Translations under genes and position numbers: made by a program | Notes under the pieces: generated by a model | The model's database searches: none | Seen by the model: only the letters and a program-made list of their open reading frames with translations | What the model was told of the DNA's origin: nothing | NCBI GenBank assembly: GCA_965644265.1 | Contig: OZ286466.1 | Location: 15,810,001 to 15,874,000 of the forward strand | Direction of reading: 5' to 3' | DNA: 64,000 bases | DNA from: Glycera tridactyla | Lineage: Eukaryota | Shown: in pieces, positions 11,575 through 26,130 of the stretch | Numbering within the stretch: the first letter of the stretch is position 1 | Layout: the number at the start of each line of letters is the position of its first letter

Positions 11575-12296
11575 ATAAGGCTCCTAAAGTTGGCAAGAAA
11601 GTCCTGGCACGATCGGCCTGAATGTCCACCCTTCTTTTGGATTTTTTTCTTGTGTAAAAGAAAGAGTTGCCCACCTTTCTAGAGCCAGCGGAATCTAGGT
11701 GCCACCAGTGAATTATATGATTTATCGGTCCCATTGGACCACTTGGAATTTTTCAAATTTCTTCCACTTGATCGAGTTTGTATGAAAAACAAATCTTCAA
11801 TTCATCCGTGAAAGTATACATTTGGTGCCATTGTAAAAGAAAGGGACATCCCGTATACACTACCTGTGATTATTTCCCAGATCTCATTACATGTAAGGGC
11901 TCCCCCTAAAAGGAGGACAGTTCAATAGTTGATTAATACAGGATAAACCTACTTGATTCCTTATCTCAACATCATATTCTGCCTTTTGTATATTCTGTAA
12001 ACATGGAACTGGGTTCAATCAACTGTGTATCCGGATGTTTCCTCCTGTACATAGTACATAGTGAACGCTGCACAGTGTTGATTGTCATAGCAACATACAA
12101 TGTCTAGGTCGGGAACGACCAGGGATATTGTTGAATTGATGTAGTATTGATATTCCAGTGAAATGTTGATTCACACGGAGGTACTATATATGTCTATTAC
12201 CATATTGACCAGTTTAGGCCTTGAAATTAGATTACTGTGGGTGATTTGACCTGTTGGATGTCTATGTGACCCCCCAAACCCGAATCTGTCACTCAC

Positions 12297-12360
12297 CCAC
12301 GTCCGGTCCAATTGTAAGTTCATACACAAATTTTGAAATTTTGGCTGACCGTTTGATCTG
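12297..12360 (-). CDS. Candidate minus-strand exon (RSNGQPKFQNLCMNLQLDRTW or QIKRSAKISKFVYELTIGPDV)
   Basis: ctgtAG acceptor, GTGAGT donor, two open frames. No family recognised. Confidence 0.15.
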
Positions 12361-12632
12361 CTACAGGTTGGTAATTAATGAGGAATCGGCTTGGTGTGTG
12401 ATATTCGTCAGGTAGGTCCANNNNNNNNNNNNNNNNNNNNNNNNNNNNNNNNNNNNNNNNNNNNNNNNNNNNNNNNNNNNNNNNNNNNNNNNNNNNNNNN
12501 NNNNNNNNNNNNNNNNNNNNNNNNNNNNNNNNNNNNNNNNNNNNNNNNNNNNNNNNNNNNNNNNNNNNNNNNNNNNNNNNNNNNNTTCGTCTGTGTGTCT
12601 GCCTGTCTCTGTGTCTGTGTGTCTGTATTCAG

Positions 12633-12692
12633 CTCGAACTGCAGGCTCATGGAATTTGCCTCGTGATGAAGAGCTCACACGTCAGCTGAAGT
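12633..12692 (+). CDS. Candidate coding exon (RTAGSWNLPRDEELTRQLK)
   Basis: tctgtattcAG acceptor, GTGAGT donor, only one open frame, phase 1-1. Joins 16020-16115 in frame. Confidence 0.3.
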
Positions 12693-13079
12693 GTGAGTAC
12701 AAGCAAGCGTCTGGGTCACCACCCCTCCTGGCACTAGCCAGACACCTCCCGGCTCAGTAAGATTGATTGTGTCTAGAATGGACGCCAGGCCAAGTCTTTA
12801 CAGCACGTTCTTTCGACTTCGATTCGGATTTGGAGCAATTTATAAAATTTGTGTAGGTGAATGTCTTGGTGGCTGGCTGGATGACTTTCCGGATACAAGC
12901 AATATTGGCTGGTATGTCGTACTGTGAAGGGTCAGGCGGGTGGAGGGGGGGGGGGGAGCCGGAGCTGGATGTCAACTAATACTTGTATATAGCATGATTA
13001 CTATTTATAGTATGGTAAACATGGGCATATTGTCATGCCTCTTTCGGATGGATGATTGGATGACTAGACGGTTGGATAG

Positions 13080-13335
13080 TTAGATGTAAAGATGATTGTA
13101 CGGATGTATGGATGGATTGATAAGTGGATGGATGGATAAATGGATATATGGATGTTCGGTTTAATTGAATGATAAGTGGAAGGGTGGATTTATGGATGGA
13201 TGGATAAATGGATATATGGATGTTCGGATTAATTGAATGATAAGTGGAAGGGTGGATTAATGGATGGATGGATGGATGGAATGATGGATGGATAGATGGA
13301 TGAATGGATAGATGGAATGATGGATAGATAGGTGA
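13080..13335. repeat. (GGAT)n-rich tract containing a 68-bp tandem duplication
   Basis: tggatatatggatgttcgg..aattgaatgataagtggaagggtggat starts at both 13141 and 13209. Confidence 0.9.
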
Positions 13336-13345
13336 ATGGGATGAT

Positions 13346-13609
13346 TGACGTCATAATGCATTGCATGACGTCAGCAACTCCATTACTAAATCATAGTAGG
13401 AACCAGATATGCACTTGGACGGACACCGAAATTCTATAGTAGCTCAATCAACAAAATCATAATGTAAGCATATTCAATTCCATTACGTCATAAAAAGAGA
13501 GATAATCCAAGTTGTTTGAACAATAATGGATAAAACAGGTGAGACAGAACATTACGAAGAAACTCTTAGTTCTCTCATCGCTAATCCGAGCAGGATGACG
13601 TCATGACGT
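13346..13609. promoter_or_regulatory. Cluster of CRE (TGACGTCA) sites
   Basis: TGACGTCA at 13346, 13366 and 13596, TTACGTCA at 13483, and an extra TGACGT half-site at 13604. Confidence 0.4.
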
Positions 13610-13869
13610 TTATAGCACTGGGTTGTAGATAAATCTCCAGTTATATGGGGGCCATCTGTCTGAATGGGTGATATGCAGGCTTATTAGGCGGGAAAGTCTG
13701 ACAAATTGTGATATATCGCCAAGCATTTTTTCATACGCTGGGTCTCTCAATCACGTGTTAGAGATGTGGATCCTTGGGGTTTGAGTTTGAAACCATCACG
13801 ACCATAGCATTGAAACCTAGTATTTGCTATTACCCTGATGGTGTCCAAACCTAAATCTACCCCGGTATA

Positions 13870-13891
13870 AACCCTAACCTTAACCCTAACT
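13870..13891. repeat. Short telomere-like (CCCTAA/CCTTAA) tract
   Basis: aaccctaaccttaaccctaact. Confidence 0.5.
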
Positions 13892-16019
13892 CCAACAAGC
13901 TTGGCCATCACTGGAAGGTATTCAGAAAATTGTGTAATTCCATTGGCTCTATGACATACCCTCAGATGATGAGGCAATGCTGAAGCCCTTGAAAATATAA
14001 CCAAGGATCCAGGGGGAGAAATACCAAGTAGGAGTATTTACTAACGAATTATAACAAAAAAAACAAATTATATCAGACAGAAGATAATGCGGGTGAGTGG
14101 GGTCTATTGAATCCAGATTTGAATGCATCCCCAATTGTTGTGGGCGATACATGATGATGTATCTCGAATTGGTGTGTGAGGGAACTCCTAAGTGAATTGG
14201 TCCCTCCCCATGTAACTCCATTTCAATTACATCATGTTTGTCTTTGCTAAGTAAACATATGTTGCAATATAAAGTAAACAGCGCGGATGTTTCTTCAGCG
14301 GAGGGATTTGTGTAGCGACACAGACATTCCCTACATCAACTACAACTACTTAACTCATTTCATTCACTCTCCCCATCTCGCCAATAGCATGGTTATGATG
14401 CCCTCAGAGAAGAGGTCATGCAACCTCAGGATGAATCGCCACATGATTCCCATATGGACCTTGGTATGAAGGGTAACAAAGCCAGCAACTTCGTATCACC
14501 AAATGAACCTCCTTGCTTATTTACACCTGCGGATGCGCTTAACATATCACCAGACCTGTCTAAAAAGACCATATTTGGTCGCATAAAGAAGTGTTTTTTA
14601 GACCAGTGGTCTTGGTAGAGAGTTTATCCATTGTAGAGAATACTATTGCAGTCACAGCTGCGAGTAAATTTGTATGCACGTGACATTTGTATGGACATGG
14701 TCTCACGGGCAGGTTGCACTCTATTAATTCATTGCGGATTTTCGAATATTCACAATGCTTGTGATCGAATCAACGTATCTGTAAGGAGTTGAGAAGAACG
14801 ATTCATTCTGAACAAGACCAAGATTTGCACATAAATGTGATAAACTCGAGGGCTGAGAAAGATGGTGCTGACATATCATGACATCTCCCAATAAGTTCGC
14901 ATCTAGATAATGATTCCGAAATATTGGATATGAATATGATTCCAGCTGGGAAGCGGCTTAATCCGAAAACTTTCATATTTGAAACACGATTCATGAAAGA
15001 AAAATTTCAATCCCACATGTAAATATTCTGCCCGATTTTTGGACAATTTTTGTTCGTTGGGTGTTTCACTGGAGTTTCATCAAGAAACCACATAGCGTGA
15101 AGAGCGCAGTGATGGAACGATCGGTACATGGAACAACAGCTGTGACCCTTGAAAAAAGTCCGAGTTTCATGGAAGTATTGACTATGTGGGAGCCCCAAAA
15201 ACGTTCACATGAATTCAACTTGACTATCCATCCATCCATCCATCCATCCATCCATCCATCCATCCATCCATCTATTCATCCGTTGATTCATTCATCCACC
15301 CATTCTCCCATCTAACCTTCNNNNNNNNNNNNNNNNNNNNNNNNNNNNNNNNNNNNNNNNNNNNNNNNNNNNNNNNNNNNNNNNNNNNNNNNNNNNNNNN
15401 NNNNNNNNNNNNNNNNNNNNNNNNNNNNNNNNNNNNNNNNNNNNNNNNNNNNNNNNNNNNNNNNNNNNNNNNNNNNNCATTTATCTACGTTCAAACCCCA
15501 ACGACAATCACCTCCGTGGGTCCAGGCCAAGCTTAGTTTCGAGCCGAAAACAGCATTTTCTCATGAAATGACACGCTCTTGACCCCATCGGTATGAAAGT
15601 GAATGACACTCGCGGTTGCTCCAATCGTTACCAGCAGGCTGTTTGATCTGGCTAACAGAGAAAACGTTTGCCAAATCCCTTACCACGTATTCTATCATCT
15701 TATGTGCGACAACAAGAATGGGGACCAGTTTCCCAATTCGAAATGTTACGGACGTCAGCTACCGTTAGTTGCGAATGAAGAGTCTACCGATTCGACGGGT
15801 TTGGTGCAAAAATGGCGTGTGAGATTGATGGACCACACCGATTTTTTTCACATACTGTGATGTTTCCGAAACATGCGAATTCACCATCTGATATGTTTCA
15901 TGGCCGTGTTTTCCGTGGACCCGCCACCATAACGGATGACTTTCCACACGTAAAGTGATATAATGAGCGTTGCATGTGTTTCTGATAAATGTAACTTCAC
16001 AATCCGATATTTTCCATAG

Positions 16020-16115
16020 TTGTTTTGGGAAATATAAACACTGGATGGTGGTATCATAATTCAATCGAAATATGGAAGTCTATACAAGGTGTACATTATA
16101 TCAATGACAAAAGAG
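16020..16115 (+). CDS. Candidate coding exon (VLGNINTGWWYHNSIEIWKSIQGVHYINDKR)
   Basis: ttttccatAG acceptor, AG|GTGAGA donor, 96 nt, phase 1-1 and open. Confidence 0.3.
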
Positions 16116-19100
16116 GTGAGAGATCCCATGCATCCTTCACAGGTTTGATGGGATCACATTCTGTATCGGCCTTGCGATCCATGGCACTAGTTGATTTGTT
16201 TGGTGATTACTCGGAAGGAAGCTTCTTTGTCTCTTTGGCTGGTCGATGTTCAAATAACATGTATCACCCGAAGGGCCGATGAATGGTGTTTATTCTTTAT
16301 CCACCGAGGATGGACACTCTGGCTTCTGAAGAGATCACTCAAACGCACTCTAAACAAAAGATGGCAGGGAACGAACGGGGTTGTCGTTTGGAAGTATATA
16401 GCTGACAGTTCAGTCATCTTATATTCCAATCCTGAAAACGCTCTTTGTTGAATTTCCTCATACTGATGAAAGGGGTTGATACGATATAGAAACAAGAACA
16501 CATCACGATCTCACTAGATTTGAAATATATCGTGAGGTGGGACTGAATTGGGTTCTATGACAAGATCTTTCTCTACAATGGGGTATATCGAGGTACCGTC
16601 AATGTCTCTCCAACTCAAGCTGTGTCATATGGGAAGTTGACCTAGCAGCAAGGAAAATTAGTCTTACATCCTGAGAAAAAATATGCCATGACGCATTCAA
16701 CAACTTCTGATCGCAGTTCTGAGTTGGGTACAGTTAACTTTTGTCTGTGTACCACTAGATTGTGATTGAGTAATTGAGTAATGCTGAATTTCTCTTCAGA
16801 CCCAGATATTATCATTTGGGACCCACACTATATCTCGGTCCAGGTCATTTGATAGTCTCCCTTGATTAGTGAGTTCGCAGAGCCCCCGCTAGGGTCGCTG
16901 TGATCAACTGGCGCATGCTATCTACTCCGTATTGACTTCCGCTAATGAGGTGGCATTTCCCGCGCTGACTCGCATTGATTTGTGTGTCCATGATGGGATA
17001 ATTACCCCTCCAACTCATAATGAGATTAGAGAGAAATCGATCAGGCTGAATGCTGGAAATTCTAGATGAGTTTATTTACACTCTTCGCAAGATAATTAGC
17101 ACTTATCTCCAGCTTGAGTAAAAGAATGGATATGGATTTCTGTCGAAAAAGATGAGAGAGACCTGGAGCCTCGGTGTAGGCAGGCTATTTGCTATAGCCT
17201 TTGTGGAAGCCTTGTATTGAGCAGGATCTCACAGTCAATGCCGCTTCTTTTATGACCTTCATTTTTTCACGATTTTATCGGCAAAAACGTGAAAACTACC
17301 TTTTTTGACGAGTGATGAATGTGCGCCATTAATTTCCACTACGCACGACTTCAAGCCATGTATAATGTAGCCAGTATAAAGAACTCTAGGAACCTGAGAA
17401 ATTACGATCATGAGATCACTTGAAGAGGGTAAAATTCATAGTCACAGCGGCTCCTCACAATCACCGTGAACGTTTAATCTTTCTCAATAGATTTCGCATG
17501 AGAGAAGTTGCCCAAATTTAGGTCTGATGTATGAGTAGATACCAGGAAATTTACGACAGGAACTAATAATGCATACATGATGATAAAAGATGATGTCAAG
17601 ATTTTTGAGGCAGGTATTGATGAGTAGACATCAAATAATTTCCTTCAGCCCCCTCCATGAGAAGAGGTCTCTTCAAGAGGGAGGACTGCTGCATATTCTC
17701 TGCGTATCCAACTTTTCGCACTTCAACATCAGGTCGTACCTGGTAAGGAGGCGCTTTAACAACTCATTTACTTGATTGGTGTAAGGTTGAGCCATTGGAG
17801 GAATTTTCGGATATCATCAATCGACTGACTGGACTGTATTCCCAGTGTAGTGCAACCAATGCATCTCCATATGTTCATAGCACCATTCGATTTTCTTGGA
17901 ACACTACCAAAGAAGCTTTGCATACTGGTGGAATATTCAAGCTAAGATTCTGTGCAATTGTGAACATGGCGGATATCCGTGAGTGATACGTGACTGATTG
18001 ACTCCTATGCAGCACAAAATGATATTATTTTCCGGGTTCATGATACCCAGTACGACGTCAATATCCATCCAGTACCAGGCTGAAATATATATTCCCATGA
18101 GGATTTTGTACTTGGTAGCATTTTTATGCCATCAGCACAGATAAAATGTGTTTACCTGCCAGTAAACAGCGCGACAACAGATGTGATAAACAAATACATT
18201 CAGCTTCTTGCTGGTCCAATGCCATGGGATGAGAAGATGCCAACTACGACTCGAACTCATATGAACATCATTTTGGTTGAATCTGGGTTACCAACACGGA
18301 CAGACAAATCGGCAGACAATCGGAAGGAGAGCTATACATATGAATAAATTGGCGAACCTCTCCATCTCTCAGTGTCCCCCTCGCGCACGATATTCTTCCA
18401 TCCATCCATCCATCCATTCTGCCTCCCTCACTCCTCTGATCCATCCATCCATCCATCCGATCTTCTATCAATTATAATATTGCCTGTGATCGAATCTCTT
18501 ACCATCCGTTGGTGGACAGACAAGGATATAGGCCAATGGATCCATCACACCTCACCTGAACTACTGAGACCTTTCATATTGAGAACCAATGCTTACTACA
18601 AGAGAAGAATTCAAACGCTTATTCTTCCTAAAAGGAGGACATTCACCAGCAGGACAGCCCCCTGACGTCTCCGAACCTTTGGAATGCGGTGCTCGTGCAT
18701 TCAGTGACGCCTCAATATTAGTGACGTGAGGTGATAGTGAAATGAGCCCGAGTTTATATCTGAAATCGATATTTTGTTATTTGAACAGTCAGCATAGTCA
18801 AACAGTTACCGCTGTCATGACGTGTGCTCGAGCAGTAGGGGTGGGTGGGGGTGTCTTGTTAGATGGGATTTCGTCCTCGAGAGACGGCCAGTAGCTGGTG
18901 GGGTGAGGGACTTTTCCCTGAAGGACAGCTTGTGAAAATTAAGCCGAAAGAAATGTAGACAGAGCAATATTGCTCAACCATTTGTACACTATTCTGGGCA
19001 TATTTTTCACGCTACTGGTCAAATCAGATGATGCTATGACTGTTTGGGTTATGCCCAAGTAAGTAGAAGACAAATCTTAGTTCTGCAACTGTCATCCCCA

Positions 19101-19486
19101 ATTCCTCTCCTCCTCCTCCCCCTCCTCCCCATCCCCCTCCTCCNNNNNNNNNNNNNNNNNNNNNNNNNNNNNNNNNNNNNNNNNNNNNNNNNNNNNNNNN
19201 NNNNNNNNNNNNNNNNNNNNNNNNNNNNNNNNNNNNNNNNNNNNNNNNNNNNNNNNNNNNNNNNNNNNNNNNNNNNNNNNNNNNNNNNNNNNNNNNNNNN
19301 NNNNNNNNNNNNNNNNNNNNNCTTTCAAAACAATCCACAAGATACATGTGGTGGATTTGATCGGGACAAACTGCATTTGAATCAACAAATGCACGAATGC
19401 AACTAATTCAGCATCTAGATGGTGAACATGGAGATTATCGCATCTAGGCTGTGTGATGTGTGGTTTGATGAATGATATCAACTCAC

Positions 19487-19592
19487 CCGTGAATCGCCTC
19501 CCAGCATCCATCATTCCACTCAAAGGAATGTCGGCAGATGCGGAATAGCTTCTCTGCATATACCCCCATCCGCTGCTCACATCTATCAATAT
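19487..19592 (-). CDS. Candidate minus-strand exon (IDRCEQRMGVYAEKLFRICRHSFEWNDGCWEAIHG or ILIDVSSGWGYMQRSYSASADIPLSGMMDAGRRFT)
   Basis: ctgtcAG acceptor, GG|GTGAGT donor, two open frames. Family not recognised. Confidence 0.2.
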
Positions 19593-22500
19593 CTGACAGA
19601 TTATATACATCATCCACGCAGCATGTAAAACTTGGGATTATTAATATTACAAGACTGAAGTCGTGTTCTGTACATACCCTGAGGGTATTACTGGACGTCT
19701 GGCTCAGAACGAACAAAAACTGTGATATATTGGCTGATAATGCTCATATAGTCTAGACCCTAATCGAAGCTGTAAGGTTGAATACGATTACCATACACTG
19801 TGGACCACGGAGTGTGTATGAGGTGGTACACAGAACCATTGGCGACTATTCACGGAGAAAGCTGTTTGACGGTGTAAAAAAGGCAATAGACGAAAAGATG
19901 TCTGCGAGATAATTAGACGAATATATGACTGGTAGGTGAAATGAACAGATAGATNNNNNNNNNNNNNNNNNNNNNNNNNNNNNNNNNNNNNNNNNNNNNN
20001 NNNNNNNNNNNNNNNNNNNNNNNNNNNNNNNNNNNNNNNNNNNNNNNNNNNNNNNNNNNNNNNNNNNNNNNNNNNNNNNNNNNNNNNNNNNNNNNNNNNN
20101 NNNNNNNNNNNNNNNNNNNNNNNNNNNNNNNNNNNNNNNNNNNNNNNNNNGGATGGATAAGTGGATAAGTGGAGGATGGATGGATGGACGGACTGAAATG
20201 TGGTGTACATATGACTGCGTTTCAATGACACGTACCAGCATGTTTCAGAATCTTCCTCTCATTTGGGAAGCCTACACTAATTAGATGACTTTTTGTTCAT
20301 TAGTGTTGGTTCATGACCACATAAGAAACTGTTTACTAAGATGAAGATGATGAGAAGAATAAGTGATGGTCAATTAGAGGCAATTACTGGGCGATCAATG
20401 AACCGAGAATCATCCAACAATCAACCATCATCAACAGAATTAGTCTGCAGTTAATTGGATGCGAGACCATTACATCCCATTATATACTCGACAGCCTACA
20501 TGGTTGGTGATAGTATTAGGGGAAAAACCAGTATCATCAAGGTCCCTGGTGCGTTACTGTCTCCACATGGGTCTTTGGTCATAATGACCATATGGCCAAT
20601 GAATGATCACCATCAATCGGAAACCTAAATCGCGAGAAGTTCTCTTGATCGATTGCACCCGCACAAACTCCTGAGCATCTCAATAATAGGTCTGAACCCA
20701 AAAATGCTGAATGACTCAGTCCTTGTGCTTGATGTGGAGGTATCTCCTCAAGAAACTGAAAAGACAATCTCAATTAAAAGGAAGATATCATTTTCGTGGG
20801 TGAGAATTTGGGGAGCTAGAAGAAGCCATATTGAAGTGCAAAAGTGCCATCATTGAGTGCATTTGCTTCACATGATACTACTTCCAGCCATGCAATTATT
20901 CGTTTTAGTGTTCTTGAACTCCCTCGAACGTAGTGAAAACTAACATCGAATGGTTTGGTGAAGTTCGGTGGGTGCCTGGAGAGAGCACGCGGTGTGAAGA
21001 GTGTATGTTCAGACATTTTGATACCTGAATGCACAGAAGAAAAGATCCCGATGTTTTAGGATATTACCATAGGTACTTCATTCCTGCAATGATGAACACA
21101 GCACTCAACATACAAATCCGGCTGTCAGTAAGGAAGATTTCCAGGGCCTTCAAAATTGCATCAGCGAGGATTTTTTTTTTAGCAAGCTGCAGCCTCAATG
21201 TGTTAAAGATGATGCTTGTCAGTGCCAAGGGCCCCGATAATCCCTTCATCTCCAAGAAGCTAACAATCTGAAGTTTTTTTCGACTCGAAATATGTCTCTC
21301 ATAGAGTCTTGTGAAAGAGTCCCTCTGATTGTATTCACAATCGATGTGTTGTTGTTTGTTTAGTCACCATAGTCAAACACAGTGAGCTGTCGAGATTTCT
21401 AATGCATATAGACCTTCACAACTCGACCTAGGTGTAAATTCTCGGTTTGCATGCATTTGGGAATATGACCTACTTTGTCATCTGCAATGCTCACTATGCA
21501 TGCATTGAGGCTATTCATTTTTGAGCTTCTTAGAATATACATGAACAAAAAAACGTGGTAGGCTCAGTACATTTCCCGACGTGTTGTCCCCTGTCCTTCA
21601 TTCCCTTGTGATGGTAAGCTCCACAAGGATGTGATGCAATGAATCCATATCTTGCGAATGATATGGATCATGAAGTATATAAGTATATGTAATAGAATCT
21701 TCACTTTCCACGTGAACCAATCATAACTGCCACTCATCCTGCTGGTTTCATCAACCCAAGTATTGGAGAAGTGCTTGACCATAGGCCCTTGAGACACATT
21801 TCAGGAGTTCAGCCATGTGAATCAAACCTGCATTCTGGACTGAATACCCTTACGAGAAGGATACGCTAAAATGTGAACAAGCCTGCCAAAATATACATTT
21901 GTGAATTCAGATAAACCTCTGAAAGATCTCGGTTAGAAATGCACAATATCCGAACTATCTCCTTGACCTAATAGGTCGAAGACATCCGACATAGGCAAGC
22001 AATTTCTACTCGAAGAGAAATCACTCTCAGTAATTGCTTACTTTCAAACGTAAACAAAGAAGCTAATTGATGCCCTTCAAGACTTTATGATTGTATGGAT
22101 TTTTAATCAATTTGTTCTGCTCGCTGTGTGTTTGATAACAACCGTATCAGACAGGTATTTAGTCATCATGGCCGCTGCAAGAATCAGGCAAAATTGGGAT
22201 TGGTTTCTGTCGGCAGGTCGGGATCAGTTTGAGGACTGCAGGACCCCTCTACCCACCACTAATCGTACTCGTGGAGGGTTCCTGTAGTATCAAGAAATAC
22301 TCGAATCCACATAGAATATAGGACATCCACAAAAACATTTACACCCCGAGTATGCACTCATACAACCACTGCAGACTTGGGAGCCTGCTCTCAGCTCAGT
22401 TGAATTGTACAATTTTTTTTCGACCGGGCACAGTTTTTTCAGCCGAATTATATTTACTAAGGTAACGTAGCCTCGATTTAGGTTCACAAATAAAACTCTC

Positions 22501-22914
22501 GAAATAATTGATGCAGGTTAAAATTGATTACATGAAAAAACAGTCTACATAGTGCGCCATCTTTCTTTACATCGGAGTTTGAAATATATGTTTGTGAGCG
22601 AATATGTCTTCACTATGTGATAAAACTAGACTACGATCTCAGGACCTTCTTACATTGGTTTTAATAAATATTTTTCTCAGTTTCGAAATGCACAAACACT
22701 TCGCCCTACCTCAGATCAACTCAAGCATGAAGAATATTACTCGACACTCACCTGCAAGCGAAACAAAAAACAATTCTCATAAATCAAATATGTGGGATAT
22801 ACTGAAATATCACCGGAGGTTCGGTTTCTATATATTTGACCGGTCTGATTCAGAGATTCTGATATCTGGGGAACAATTGAACGGAGAAGACTGGCGACGA
22901 TACTGCAGCTGCCA

Positions 22915-23400
22915 TGACGACGACCATCACCACCACAATCACCACCACCCCCACTATGATTACCATCATTACCACTATAATTACCACTACCATCACCGCC
23001 GCTATTACCGTTATAACAAGAACGACCACCACCAGTATAATGACAACGACCACCACTACCATACTCATCACCACCAGAAGAAGCACCACCATCATCACAA
23101 CCTACTCACCCTCCACCACCATTCCCACAAAGACTACCACCGCCATCACAATCACCTCAATCACTGCTACTACCAACATCTTGATCAACAACATCACTAT
23201 CATCATCACCACCACGGCCACCAGCACTGCCACCGCTACCTCCAACACCATCATATTACTACCATAACTAGCACCAGGACCACCTTCACTACCACCACAA
23301 TCACCACCACCACTACAATCACCATCATCATCACCCCTACCAATAATGCGCCGATATCCCCTAATGCGATATTTCATGTTTCTATCGAAATCATCATTAT
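22915..23400. repeat. ACC/ATC-rich degenerate trinucleotide tract
   Basis: Direct reading. It produces the His- and Thr-rich ORFs. Confidence 0.9.
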
Positions 23401-25639
23401 TACCACCAATTGGATTCCACCGTTTATCAAGTATCCTGCGATCCGACGTATTCGGGAGAACAGAGAAAATGTAGGATGAACTTCATGATGCAATCGCTGT
23501 CCATCATTCGATAGTACAGAACGTTATTAAAACCCCGACTCAGAATGATCCAACATGATTCAAGTCTAGATATGTTTACTGCTTAGAGTGGCGGTAGACA
23601 TGGCAGCTCTCTCTATAGATAGATGTAGTGCAGTGGTTGGCAGTTTAATTTGAGACTTGTCACCGTCAGCTGTCCCAATCTGTAGCTAGGTGACAATCAA
23701 ACAAGCCAAATCCCACTCACTGCAATCCCCGTCAAGACCGAATAGCATTTCGGAAATCCACCCAAAGCTGCGAAATGTATATCATATATAGATAAGCTGA
23801 TCATCATCGCAGTCATTATTTATATTCTTTCATTGGATAATCCAAACATGGACATTGTGTTCATTCCTGATATTGAAAAAAATCGATATACCTTACTATG
23901 GCCGGAATGCGCAAAATGTGATTACGTGAATAGTAGGTTGCCCAGGGCTCAAAAGTCTGACTGCACCATCGCATCAAAACCATTTGCCTTTTTGACTCCC
24001 ACTTGATAACCAGTCCTGTGTCTCAAGTTTCGTATCAACCCCTCTCTCATCGTTGGTCTTATAGCTTCAAAATGGACAGGATGCCCACTATGGTTAGATA
24101 GTCATCTTCTAGTGTTCCATTTGAGAGACAGATCACGATGATTCTTTACGTTGTTGCAATAACATGCATTGCTGAGACTGTGTCAACTTGGCGTTCACTA
24201 TGTTATTTTCAACAGTTCATCGATTGCACCATCCTGCTCGTTTATCTTCAGTCGAAGATGTAACCGCGGCTCCACATCGGGAGGAGGATTATTCTGCTCA
24301 CGCTCTCAATCTGCATTCAGTAGTTTTTACTATGAAACCAGATGGGAGAGGGACACACCATCTTGCGCTTGATACTCCCATCAGCAAATCAAAGCCATTT
24401 TCTCATTCATGGAGAAACACCCTCAAAGACATCTCGAATGACTGTGGCCTCATTTCACATCAATATTCTTATGGGATCATTCGAATAGATTCGATTACTT
24501 CTATTGATACTACGTTTTCTATGCATTCAAAGATATATAGATATGTATTGAAGAACAAGATATTGGTAAATACATATGTAAAAATATATTGTGTGTTCGG
24601 AATGGCATCAGGTAACTCGGTTCAGGAAACTCCAATCAAATTCTGCTCTGTGGATTAAAAAAGTAGCCAGTACCACTCCTTCGACAGCATATAGCAATTT
24701 GGAAAGTGAAGTACCTGGTACTATTTCTGATCATAGATCAGAAGCTATTTCTTTTGAATATGTCGCTTCAAGCTTTTTGGCTGGAGCTCGGAATCAAATA
24801 GACTGAATTGCCAAAAAAAACCATCATATCGTCCCATCCTCTTCTAACTTATCCCTATTTTCAAACCTGTATGACTGTGACTACATCATATCCTGTACAT
24901 ATGCTTCCACAATCACGCGAAAATCCCAACATTTGAGGTGTTTCTTATCTGTACAAATTGATATAGGGTGTTAGAAAATAAGAGTGAGTGTATCCCCTTC
25001 ATATGATCCGTTTCCAAAAGAGATCAAAATGCGAATAGTAGATTTCTCAACACGGAATTTCATGATCATGAAAATTTTCCCTAATATGATTTCACGGGGT
25101 TCATCTTGTATGCTATGAAAGTATCTATATGATACCAGCCCCGATAATGTAAAAATGCTGAATGTGGAGAAGGAAAAGTTAAGTTCTCCAACTTTTAGAG
25201 GTTTCGCAAGATTATTGCCCCATCTAAGAGACTTATGAGACGAGTGTGATTATGTAGAAGGCGAGGCACAATTATGGTTATCAGCAGCTTCCTCTAATCT
25301 GTGCTTCGGATGCCATATCATCGCCTACGACTCCGAGATAATTCCCATTAATATGCAACAATAAGGAGGAGAAAAATGAAGCTGTTCAGCTCACATTCTG
25401 TTTATTCCAGACAGTTCGATTGCATATGCACAATATGCTTATGCATGATAATATTTGCTGACGCGAATACTCCAAAAGTCATAACAGTGAATATATACAA
25501 TCCCGATGAAGCTCACAGTAATTGACATTGGCTCTGCTCTGGGGAATTCCGACTCACAGAATCTGCCTTCAGCTGCAATTGGATATTGCCTAAGTGACAG
25601 TTCTTTGGATCGGTGGATGGTTGGAAAGATAGGCCGATT

Positions 25640-26130
25640 GATGGCGTGAACAGACAAACTGACAGACGAACGTATGACAGACCGTCGGATGAAGGGACAG
25701 ACAGAGAGGCAGACGGAAGGACAGATGAAAGATCAGACAGAAGGAAAAACGAACGAACATATATATCGATGTATAGATAGAGTGATTGGAAGTGGTAGAG
25801 ATGGATTGATTGATGATTGGATAGATGGATAGATAGATGGATGGATGGATGGATGGATGGATGAATGGATGAATTGATGGATGGATGGATGGACAGGCCG
25901 ACAGATGGACGGACAGACGGGGAGGGACAGACGGAAGGAGGGCTGGACGGAGGGACGGAGGGACGGATGGACAGATGGACGGACAGACAGAGGGACGAAA
26001 GAATGGACAGACAGACTGATGGGTGGACCGACAGACTGGCAGATGGCTGGATGGAAGGACGGATGAATGAATGGTTGAAAGCTTTGGACAACGGACAGAC
26101 AGACGGATATACTGATGGAAGAACAGGCGA
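25640..26130. repeat. (GGAT/GGAC/GACA)n compound microsatellite
   Basis: Direct reading. Confidence 0.9.

Noticed and set aside
12297-12360. Retinoblastoma-family N-terminus (KFQNLCMNLQLD)
   Set aside because: Resemblance covers only about 10 residues and no other Rb-family exons are recognisable.
20560-21270. Decayed Mutator-like transposase (DGTF and CxxH-like words on the minus strand)
   Set aside because: The motifs are in the wrong order and weak, so I cannot support the call.
22604-23479. His-rich 291-aa ORF and similar poly-T/L/S/D or DGWM-type ORFs across the window
   Set aside because: These are translations of microsatellites or run through N-gaps.
24188-24658. 156-aa ORF as a gene
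   Set aside because: No recognisable domain, and the 3' half is AT-rich and intron-like. Consistent with a chance ORF.
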